From the IMG/VR virus record IMGVR_UViG_3300022864_000001, positions 52,029 through 116,028 of that record: a stretch of DNA of 64,000 bases; one strand, 5' to 3'. The notes beneath the pieces are model-generated. The model did not search any database, was not told the DNA's origin, and saw only the letters and a list, made by a program, of their open reading frames with translations. Made by a program: the position numbers and the translations under genes. Source of the DNA: a virus. Below are positions 57,150 to 64,000 of the stretch, piece by piece. Each line of letters opens with the position of its first letter. Within the stretch, counting starts at the first letter, position 1.

Positions 57150-57350
57150 ATGACCTACAACGAGTTTGCCAAGTTTTACCTTGAACACTACGAGGAGGCG
57201 CCCGCCGGAGAGGCAGGGTTCTGGATCGAGGTGCTAGACGGAGACCTGTTCCACTTACAGCAGGTCATTGGGCAATCAGGCACGTACTTGGTTGCGACGG
57301 ACGTCCTGACAGGTGAGGTCATTCGAGACGAGAGTCTGTGGCAGGAGTAG
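57150..57350 (+). CDS. Early hypothetical protein
   Basis: SD GGAGAGG overlapping palindrome A. Confidence 0.65.
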   Translation: MTYNEFAKFYLEHYEEAPAGEAGFWIEVLDGDLFHLQQVIGQSGTYLVATDVLTGEVIRDESLWQE

Positions 57351-57437
57351 CGTCTGATCAGCCTCTTGCCCATCGGGAGGTGGGCAGTGGGCTGCGCAGA
57401 TGGCGCGGCACAATCGATTGAACAAGGAGAAGATACG

Positions 57438-57629
57438 ATGAAGATCAGCCGTTACGACAACGCGCAGGTGAGTGTTCAGGGAACCACGATGACTATCACC
57501 GTGAACCTGGACGAGGAACAGGTGGACGTCCGCCCATCAGCATCGGGCAAGACAATGGTTGTTGCCACGACAGGCGGCGCCAAGAAGATCAACGGGGTCT
57601 CTGTAAATCTAACAGTCTATCGTAAGTGA
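57438..57629 (+). CDS. Small conserved protein (PSASGKT.VVATTGG motif)
   Basis: SD AAGGAG after palindrome A. Confidence 0.7.
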   Translation: MKISRYDNAQVSVQGTTMTITVNLDEEQVDVRPSASGKTMVVATTGGAKKINGVSVNLTVYRK

Positions 57630-57637
57630 TCCCCTCA

Positions 57638-57835
57638 GCCTTCTGTCACTGGTGGAGGCCAGTGGCAGAGGGCAAGCTGCACACCTTGGCGCGCCTCACT
57701 GGCCTTGTGCCGTGAGCGGGCTAGGTCCGTTGGAAGACGGGCGACTAACATCATGGGGTGGCAGCCATGGTGGGTGGGACGTGGCAAGGTGTGCAGCTTC
57801 GCGGAATATGTTGCAGCCGATGAAAAATATTCCGT
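57638..57835 (+). ncRNA. Candidate structured non-coding RNA
   Basis: 15-bp perfect stem 57674-57688/57785-57799 enclosing three hairpins, with flanking hairpins; strand assumed from context. Confidence 0.5.
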
Positions 57836-57999
57836 TGCGTAGACACATTGTAGATACCCGACAAACACAGTAGACTTAACAGAACATAAACGTACCCGTC
57901 CGGTATGCTTCTTTGTCACAAGGCATACTCTACTGGGATGGTAGACAATGTGGCCGTTTCGGTCATAGGGGCAGGCTACAATCGATTGGAGGCATTGAC

Positions 58000-58209
58000 G
58001 TGAACATTGCGAATTACAGGGTGCTCGTCTGGAAGAACGATGGCAGCTATGGCTGTCGGGCGTGGGCACACGCTGGGAGCAGGCGGACGATAAAGCAGTG
58101 CTTCGACAATGCCGTCGCGATTGCTGGCAAGCGCAACTGGCGGAGGGTGGTTGCCATTGCAGGCGACTATCTAACTGGCGAGACTGTGGCAGAGTGGAGG
58201 GCATCGTGA
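58000..58209 (+). CDS. Early hypothetical protein
   Basis: GTG after CAATCGATT-GGAGG. Confidence 0.6.
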   Translation: MNIANYRVLVWKNDGSYGCRAWAHAGSRRTIKQCFDNAVAIAGKRNWRRVVAIAGDYLTGETVAEWRAS

Positions 58210-58430
58210 AACAGGGAGATGTTTGTTGGGTAGTAGACTATACAGGGGCGATTGAAAAGAAAGTCGTCAAAACGCGGGTTGCGCGAGTTATCGATGCGCA
58301 TCCGGGCCGGTCTGGCGTGGTTATCAAGACAGAGGAAGGAAACCACGTTATGTCGGTAGCAGTATTCGACCACGCGCCGAAACTGGTGACGCTGTTGGAC
58401 GAATACGGCAGTTTCACAAAGTGGGTTTGA
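58206..58430 (+). CDS. Early hypothetical protein (SH3/KOW-like)
   Basis: GTGA overlap; KQGDVCWVV. Confidence 0.6.
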   Translation: MKQGDVCWVVDYTGAIEKKVVKTRVARVIDAHPGRSGVVIKTEEGNHVMSVAVFDHAPKLVTLLDEYGSFTKWV

Positions 58431-58454
58431 GTACAATCGATTGGAGGGATTGAG

Positions 58455-58784
58455 ATGGCGTGGACAACATGCGAGAGAGACGGAAAACTAGCAATCACGT
58501 TAGGCTGGGGCAAGGACTACCACACGCCCTCTGAGACCTGCGAGACCAGCATCAGCACCATTGACGCCGACCGATGGACGGGGTTGATGGGTAGGGCGGT
58601 GGAGTTTACTGGCAACATCGCTGTGATCTGGATTGATAACAGACCCTGGCGGATGGATACCAGCGAGTGGAAGCGGGTTACAGAAACCCGGCCCGTCAAG
58701 AAACCACGCAAGGGCAAGCGGCAGGGTATGCCCTATGACTGGGTTTGGGATACAGGGAGCTGGCGCAGGGCTTGGGTAGACTAA
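58455..58784 (+). CDS. Early hypothetical protein (Trp-rich)
   Basis: SD GGAGG overlapping palindrome A. Confidence 0.65.
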   Translation: MAWTTCERDGKLAITLGWGKDYHTPSETCETSISTIDADRWTGLMGRAVEFTGNIAVIWIDNRPWRMDTSEWKRVTETRPVKKPRKGKRQGMPYDWVWDTGSWRRAWVD

Positions 58785-58819
58785 CACGCGAAAACAGTTC
58801 AATCGATTGGAGGCCCAAC

Positions 58820-59194
58820 GTGAACGACAAGATGTATTACGCCGCGTTGCATGAAGCAGGCCACGCAGTGATGGCCAGGAAAGTATGCGGTTATGAGGGG
58901 CCAATTGAGGTGTCTCTGTCCCGTTGCCGCTTCCCTGATGGGTTTGCCCGCTGGGAGGATTTCTTGTTAGTCAAGTTGGCAGGGTTCGCAGCATGGGCAG
59001 TGCACGAGGAGGCCAAGGTCAACGCGCTTCCAGGCTACGTGCGGCTGGGCGCTTTGTTTACTGATGTCGCCGACCTGCTTGACTTTGGCGTAGCCATGGA
59101 AGACCTGTTCATCCCATTTGACGTTGCGGTTGCTAACCTAGAACTGCACTGGGGCGAGGTGCAGAAGTTGGCAGCCCGACTGTTGGACGATTAG
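58820..59194 (+). CDS. Small Zn-metallopeptidase-like protein (M41/M50-like HEAGH)
   Basis: AALHEAGHAVMA...LAG..A...D. Confidence 0.65.
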   Translation: MNDKMYYAALHEAGHAVMARKVCGYEGPIEVSLSRCRFPDGFARWEDFLLVKLAGFAAWAVHEEAKVNALPGYVRLGALFTDVADLLDFGVAMEDLFIPFDVAVANLELHWGEVQKLAARLLDD

Positions 59195-59292
59195 GGGCTT
59201 TGTTGCAAAGCCTTGACAAGCAGGGCTGAACGTGTCATAATAGATACAGACGTTTGGGACACTTTGGGATAACGCACAAGGAGGAGGCTACA

Positions 59293-60666
59293 ATGAATGA
59301 GCGGCTTGTCCTGCCGCAGGACCACTTTAAAAGACGGGTAAAAAATCAGTACGGCGATGTGCTATTTGCAATCGCCCGCGAGGTGGTCCAGAACAGTGCA
59401 GACGCGGGAGCAACCCGCGTTGACTTCACAGTTCTGGGCAATGGGTATCGCGCCCAAGACAACGGATGCGGTATGACGTTGGAAGAGGCAAGAAAGAGAT
59501 TCCTGCACCTGGGAGGCACATCTAAGGCAGACGGTGGGTTTACGGGCGTATTTGGGGCAGCAAAAGAGGTGCTGGCCCTGGCACATGATGAGTGGGCTAT
59601 ACGCGGGCAAGGCTTCACTACCACTGGCCACGGCGCGGGCAACATCGTCAGTAAGCCAGGCGGGATTACACGCGGGTTCTCCATTGAGGCAAGGTCGCCT
59701 GAACGCAAATGGGGATGGATGCGGGGCAAAATCGAGGGGCTCAGCCTGTTATCCAACGTTAGCATCTCTATCTACCAGGGCGGAGAGAAGATGCCCAAGG
59801 GCCGCAAGTTGCGCGATAGCCAGCTTGTCAAGGAGTACGAGTTTGGCAAGCTGTATGTGGTGAAAAATAGGCTGCGCCCCAACGAGGAGCGAGGCCAGAT
59901 GTATGTCCGCAGCAATGGACTCTTTACCTGCACATCGTGGATCGGTGGGGAGTGCCCATTCGTCTTCTACTTGGAGTTGGAGGGCAGTTCGACCGAGACA
60001 CTGACCGAAAACAGGAATTACCTGGCCAACGATGTACGACGAATGGTCATGGCAGATGTCCAATCGATTGCAAAACAGCCAGAGAGGCTGGAGCGTCGGT
60101 CTAAGCCAAAGACAGTCAGGCTGTACGGGAATGTTGCTACGTTTACCATGCCAGCGGCAGGTGCTGGCCCGACGTGTGCAATAGTACCAACAACAGGGGG
60201 CAACAGCACAACCCATGCCGAGATGGGCAGCCTAGACGTGGTGGACGAGGTAGGCCCGGCCCTGTGGCGCAGGTCGTTCCTGATGGTAGATGCTAAGAAT
60301 ACCAAGATGACCACGCCGAAAGGCAACTTCAGGCCGATGCTGAAGTCTACGCTGGAAGCGTGGCAGCACACCATCGGGCTAATTTGCAATGTGACCAAGA
60401 TAAGCAGGCCGTTGGTAGGATTGGTCTGTGACGATGCGGTAGCGGGCTGCCATACCACGTGGAGAGGCCAGCACGCAGTATGCATCAACCCCAGTCAGAG
60501 AAGGCTATCACCGTTTGCATTCATGTCGTTGGCAGTACACGAGCTGGCCCATATGTCGGTCGCCTCGCACTGCCAAGACTACGAGAATGCGCGGATGGCC
60601 ATCGACTTGGCAATTGGCGACTCGGCAGAAATGGTCATCCATTGTGTGAGGGGTTATCTGTCTTGA
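59293..60666 (+). CDS. GHKL (HATPase) ATPase with C-terminal HExxH
   Basis: REVVQNSADA, DNGCGM, GGTSK, GVFGAAKE; VHELAH...H near the C-terminus. Confidence 0.8.
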   Translation: MNERLVLPQDHFKRRVKNQYGDVLFAIAREVVQNSADAGATRVDFTVLGNGYRAQDNGCGMTLEEARKRFLHLGGTSKADGGFTGVFGAAKEVLALAHDEWAIRGQGFTTTGHGAGNIVSKPGGITRGFSIEARSPERKWGWMRGKIEGLSLLSNVSISIYQGGEKMPKGRKLRDSQLVKEYEFGKLYVVKNRLRPNEERGQMYVRSNGLFTCTSWIGGECPFVFYLELEGSSTETLTENRNYLANDVRRMVMADVQSIAKQPERLERRSKPKTVRLYGNVATFTMPAAGAGPTCAIVPTTGGNSTTHAEMGSLDVVDEVGPALWRRSFLMVDAKNTKMTTPKGNFRPMLKSTLEAWQHTIGLICNVTKISRPLVGLVCDDAVAGCHTTWRGQHAVCINPSQRRLSPFAFMSLAVHELAHMSVASHCQDYENARMAIDLAIGDSAEMVIHCVRGYLS

Positions 60667-60718
60667 CAAACAGGCCGCGATGTGTCATAATGGATACAGA
60701 GACTACAAGGAGGCTACA

Positions 60719-61183
60719 ATGAACGCGAGTAAACTGCTGAATGAGGTAGGGCTTGGTGGGCTGGGGGCAATCTTCGGCGATATGTCCATCGCTGAGGGAG
60801 AGATTAAGAAGGCCCAGACCAGGCATCCAGAACAGGCTGACGCCATCTGGAACACCTTTCGGTCACTGCAACGGCCAGTGGTGTTGACGGGCAAGGCCGT
60901 GACCCTGTATCAGGCCCATTGCGCCGAGTTGCTGGACAGGGTTGCCAGTGGCGGGGACGTTGACTTTGCCACAAAAGCAGAGGTTGTCGCGGTGTTGTCC
61001 GACGCGACGTTGAGAACACGCCTGCGCGCCCCTGCTGAGCATCTGTACCAGAGGCTCTTTTCGGAGCTGGGCTTTTCTTTTGGGGAACTTGAACCGTACC
61101 AATACGGTTCTGCGTGGGATACCGAGGAGCAAAACAGGGTGTTCTCGCAGATCGCAAGGCGACTAGATACTAAGCGGCGGTAA
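60719..61183 (+). CDS. Early hypothetical protein
   Basis: Own promoter and SD AAGGAGG; LYQAHC.ELLDRV..G.D...T.AE. Confidence 0.7.
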   Translation: MNASKLLNEVGLGGLGAIFGDMSIAEGEIKKAQTRHPEQADAIWNTFRSLQRPVVLTGKAVTLYQAHCAELLDRVASGGDVDFATKAEVVAVLSDATLRTRLRAPAEHLYQRLFSELGFSFGELEPYQYGSAWDTEEQNRVFSQIARRLDTKRR

Positions 61184-61230
61184 CGAGTCTTTGCGCAAAG
61201 ACTCCAATCGATTGTAACCAGAGGGCTGCT

Positions 61231-61410
61231 ATGATATGCGACCAGTGCGGAGAGAAGTACGAAGAAGAAGAGATGCAGCTCACGCGGTGTGGTCTTAACC
61301 TGTGTGGCCTGTGCTACGAAGACCACCGCAGAGAGGGCTGCACCGCCTGCGCCGAGGATGAGGCATTTGAGGCAGGGGACTATCTGTGTGATATAGGGAG
61401 AGGGACATGA
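61231..61410 (+). CDS. Small Cys-rich zinc-finger protein (59 aa, not in track)
   Basis: MICDQCGEKY...RCGLNLCGLCYEDH...CTAC; stop overlaps the next ATG. Confidence 0.6.
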   Translation: MICDQCGEKYEEEEMQLTRCGLNLCGLCYEDHRREGCTACAEDEAFEAGDYLCDIGRGT

Positions 61411-61634
61411 CCGACATCACAAAGATTCCGCTAGACGAACTGCGCGCAGACAAAAGAGCAAGCGAGGAAGATGCGCTTTTATGCTTAAATGCCATAGCGC
61501 TAGGGATTGGCACATACAGTGGAGAAAATACACAGAAGCGACTGGATGTCAACGTGGCAATTGTTGTCAAGATTGACGAGGAACTGAAACGCCGAAAGGA
61601 GGAGAGGCATGGAAAGGATTCCCTGGACAGTTGA
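61407..61634 (+). CDS. Early hypothetical protein
   Basis: Helical; I..EL.RR motif shared with the next ORF. Confidence 0.6.
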   Translation: MTDITKIPLDELRADKRASEEDALLCLNAIALGIGTYSGENTQKRLDVNVAIVVKIDEELKRRKEERHGKDSLDS

Positions 61635-61836
61635 TGACCTAGCCGAGAAAACCACTAAGAGACTACGCGCGATGAAGCATTGGAGAGAAGTAGGCTTGGG
61701 GCATCATCAAGCCAATCTCGCAGCGGGAGAGGTAATATATCCTAGCGGATATGCTGTTCAAACGGTGATTGAGATTGAGCAGACATCCCTCGCCGCGATT
61801 GATGCAGAACTAGCACGCAGGGTTGACAATCCGTAA
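61609..61836 (+). CDS. Early hypothetical protein
   Basis: SD AAGGAGGAG; IDAELARR. Confidence 0.6.
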   Translation: MERIPWTVDDLAEKTTKRLRAMKHWREVGLGHHQANLAAGEVIYPSGYAVQTVIEIEQTSLAAIDAELARRVDNP

Positions 61837-61866
61837 CGGGTATGTCATAATAGAAAGGAGGCTGCA

Positions 61867-62067
61867 ATGTTGAAAATCAGTAACCAAGCGAATGGCTACA
61901 AGATCAAACTTAGCAATCCGGGGTCAGGCAAGCGCGGGAAGAGCATATTCGCGCAGAACGTAGCTGAGTTACACGAGGCCATAGACCATTATTACATGGC
62001 TACTTTAGGGCATTGGGGCGAGAATGAGAACTGCCCGCTTTGCCGCGACATGCAGCAGCGTAGTTAG
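61867..62067 (+). CDS. Early hypothetical protein
   Basis: Own promoter, SD AAGGAGG; H...H...CPLC. Confidence 0.65.
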   Translation: MLKISNQANGYKIKLSNPGSGKRGKSIFAQNVAELHEAIDHYYMATLGHWGENENCPLCRDMQQRS

Positions 62068-62155
62068 TACAATCGATTGGAGACCATCGTTACCGGGGGG
62101 CTGACAACCCCAACGTCCGAGACACAAGAGTACAATACACCAAGGAGGAGACAAG

Positions 62156-62350
62156 ATGAAGAGGCCAACATGTATTGAGATAGCCAACAATTTTGACCTG
62201 TGGGGGGAGTACTTTGATCCCCACGCAACCACGACGCAAGAGGGGTTCGATGGCGGTTCGGCAGAGGAACGCCTTGCTCTGCTGCATGAGTACTACCCTA
62301 TCGATGATTGCAACTGCGGATGGGCAGAGCACAACGGGGGTGTAAAGTGA
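62156..62350 (+). CDS. Early hypothetical protein
   Basis: SD AAGGAGGAG; EIANNFDLWGEYFDP. Confidence 0.65.
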   Translation: MKRPTCIEIANNFDLWGEYFDPHATTTQEGFDGGSAEERLALLHEYYPIDDCNCGWAEHNGGVK

Positions 62351-63447
62351 ACACGAAAGACTTAAAACGCGCATTGGGCCAGTCCAAACCATTCATCTCA
62401 CGGTATTCTACGTTGCCCATTCTGAATAACGTAGCCCTCTATACTGGCGACGGGCGCCTCTGGATAGAGGCAAGCAACCTTGAAATCTTCTGCCGCATTC
62501 CCGTAGCCCACGCAGGCGAATTTGCGGGCATCACGGTAGAGCACAAGGTGCTGGCCAAAATCGCGGGCGCATTGGACTGCCCAACGTTAGACTTCGCCAG
62601 TGACAATGACCATCTTGTCATCACTGGCACAGGGACCACAGCCAGACTGCCGGGGATTGACAGAGACGAGTTCCCCATTACCCCGCGCAAAGCGGACAAG
62701 ATTATGGCCGTGATGGGAGCAGGTGTCTTGAAGCGCGTTGCAACGTTGGTCGCACCGTCCGCACTAACAGACGAATCTCGGCCTGTGCTGATGCAGGTAT
62801 GTGTAGAGTTGACAAAAGAGGGTGCGCTATTCATTGCTTCCGACGGCTATATGCTATCGAAGCTAGGCGTCCAGGCAAACGGCGACTACGCGGCTATCGA
62901 CGATGAAGCTACGCTGCTAGTCCCCGCCAAAGCATGGAAGGCTATCGCGGGATTGGCCTCGTCAGCGAACGAGGACGTGACGCTGGGCATAGTGTTGGAC
63001 AAAGAGGGCGAGCCCCGGCAGGCCATGTTCAGTTTCGCATCAGGGGCGCAGGCCGTAGCTATGCTGTACAATATGTCCCCATTTCCCAAATGGCAGGATA
63101 TTTGGCCTGCGGCGTTTACGGGCAGCGCAGTTGTTACCAATCTGGGCAAAGCAATCAAGCCATTGCTGTCCCTGGCGGGCCGCGATTACCTCAAGTCCGC
63201 CTGGATATTTAGCGACGCGGGCCTACACATCAGCGCCAAGGGTGAGGACGGAGCCAGTATGGCACGCTCTGTTGAAGCGGTAGTTACGGGCGAACCGCTC
63301 ACCATTCACTTTGACATAACGCGGGTCAATGATTTACTCAAACGCAAGAAGGGAAACTGGACTCTGCGATATGGCACTGATTTTAGCCCTATGGTATTCG
63401 AGATGGGGGCCTGGGCCACCGCCGTGATGCCTATGCTAGACAAGTAA
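62347..63447 (+). CDS. dnaN: DNA polymerase III beta sliding clamp homolog
   Basis: STLPILNNV, ASNLE, DEFP, DESRPVL..V, ASDGY.L, FP.W..I.P, C-terminal VMPM. Confidence 0.85.
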   Translation: MNTKDLKRALGQSKPFISRYSTLPILNNVALYTGDGRLWIEASNLEIFCRIPVAHAGEFAGITVEHKVLAKIAGALDCPTLDFASDNDHLVITGTGTTARLPGIDRDEFPITPRKADKIMAVMGAGVLKRVATLVAPSALTDESRPVLMQVCVELTKEGALFIASDGYMLSKLGVQANGDYAAIDDEATLLVPAKAWKAIAGLASSANEDVTLGIVLDKEGEPRQAMFSFASGAQAVAMLYNMSPFPKWQDIWPAAFTGSAVVTNLGKAIKPLLSLAGRDYLKSAWIFSDAGLHISAKGEDGASMARSVEAVVTGEPLTIHFDITRVNDLLKRKKGNWTLRYGTDFSPMVFEMGAWATAVMPMLDK

Positions 63448-63457
63448 AGGAGCAGAA

Positions 63458-63916
63458 ATGACAGACAAACTAAAGGAACTAGAGAATCGCCGTACCGCGG
63501 CCTGCGCCAACTTCTGCGCAGGTGTCACAACAGAACACCTTGAGGCTGGTTGGAATCTGCCCGCAATACTTATGGTAGTGGCAGAAATAGGCAATCACAG
63601 CCACGACAGTGTTGTCAGGAACCTGGCACGGAGCATAACGAGATGTATGGGGGCAGTTGTGATCATACAGCGGGTTGACGACATTACAATTTCCCTTGTA
63701 GAGCAAGGGGATATGGTTGCAGTAGTATCGTCTAGCAACGCCTTTCGCTGGGCGCTGCTGTTTGCTGGCGCAGAGGGTACGTTGGCAGCACTCAAAGCAT
63801 TGCTGGAAGAGGCGGAGACAGTAGTAAGCCTCGACGGCTTCCGCCCCAGAGACTTTCATACCATTCGAGCGGCGCAAGATGCTGTCGCCGCCGCCGAGGG
63901 AGGGGGTGAAGACTAA
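63458..63916 (+). CDS. Hypothetical phage protein
   Basis: SD AAGGAG; RR.AAC.N.CAGVTTE.LE motif. Confidence 0.65.
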   Translation: MTDKLKELENRRTAACANFCAGVTTEHLEAGWNLPAILMVVAEIGNHSHDSVVRNLARSITRCMGAVVIIQRVDDITISLVEQGDMVAVVSSSNAFRWALLFAGAEGTLAALKALLEEAETVVSLDGFRPRDFHTIRAAQDAVAAAEGGGED

Positions 63917-63917
63917 C

Positions 63918-63992
63918 ATGGAACTGGCAATCGTTGCGTTGTTGCTTATGGGCGTTTGGCTGCTGCTACACGCGCTGGTCGGGGGGCGCTAG
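63918..63992 (+). CDS. 24-aa hydrophobic peptide
   Basis: MELAIVALLLMGVWLLLHALVGGR*; the TAG is followed by palindrome A like other cassettes. Confidence 0.45.
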   Translation: MELAIVALLLMGVWLLLHALVGGR

Positions 63993-64000
63993 TACAATCG

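Larger units (their letters stand above)
6038..61204. repeat. Dispersed palindrome B, (G)TCTTTG(CG/TA)CAAAG(AC), 8 copies
   Basis: 16-mers start at 6038, 21054, 27183, 36889, 45592, 46511, 46811 and 61187. Confidence 0.85.
54259..61851 (+). promoter_or_regulatory. Seven tandem early sigma70 promoters, TTGACA-N17-(C/T)ATAAT
   Basis: -35 boxes at 54259, 55483, 56608 (-10 TATGGT), 56990, 59213, 60663 and 61823; all have 17-bp spacers and begin TTGACAA. Confidence 0.88.
54182..64000. repeat. Dispersed palindrome A, CAATCGATTG (13 full copies + 1 truncated at the edge)
   Basis: Starts at 54185, 55554, 55926, 56307, 56588, 57129, 57411, 57979, 58434, 58800, 60061, 61205, 62070 and 63995 (cut). 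Confidence 0.95.

Noticed and set aside
54182-64000. Palindrome A array as a CRISPR array
   Set aside because: The repeat is only 10-16 bp, spacing is irregular (280-1900 bp), the spacers are whole genes, and no cas genes are present.
1-64000. Genome-wide TAG recoding (alternative genetic code)
   Set aside because: Long genes are intact in code 11, TMP, capsid and many early genes end at TAG followed by proper next starts, and no suppressor tRNA was seen.

Overview
This window is 64 kb of a long-tailed dsDNA phage (siphovirus-like, HK97-fold capsid). A Chloroflexota host is plausible from the IscB fragment and general gene content, but that is inference only. From 1 to 53.7 kb the genes run mainly on the minus strand: tail tip/fibre (runs off the left edge), a 2575-aa tape measure protein, tail chaperones with a -1 frameshift, tail tube, a large glycosyltransferase/methyltransferase/sulfotransferase set, neck and head-tail genes, a truncated IscB with its omega-RNA, three tRNAs flanked by two antitoxin-fragment genes, a Gly-rich head fibre, capsid, protease, portal, terminases, four homing endonucleases (two of them antisense), a DNA methyltransferase, FtsK and a family of RHH-like paralogs. 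From 54.3 to 64 kb is a plus-strand early region of short ORFs driven by seven near-consensus sigma70 promoters. The strongest unexplained signal is the palindrome CAATCGATTG (extended GTnCAATCGATTGnAS). It occurs 13 times plus one copy cut by the window edge, all in the last 10 kb and almost always between a stop codon and the next ribosome-binding site, so the region reads as an array of site-bounded gene cassettes. A second palindrome, TCTTTG(CG/TA)CAAAG, occurs 8 times across the window and abuts the first at 61.2 kb. Other candidates are an anti-toxin-antitoxin module (antitoxin fragments plus tRNAs), two structured ncRNAs, an in-frame amber in the portal, and two proteins with E3-binding (PSBD) domains. 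All calls come from reading motifs by eye; no database searches were run.
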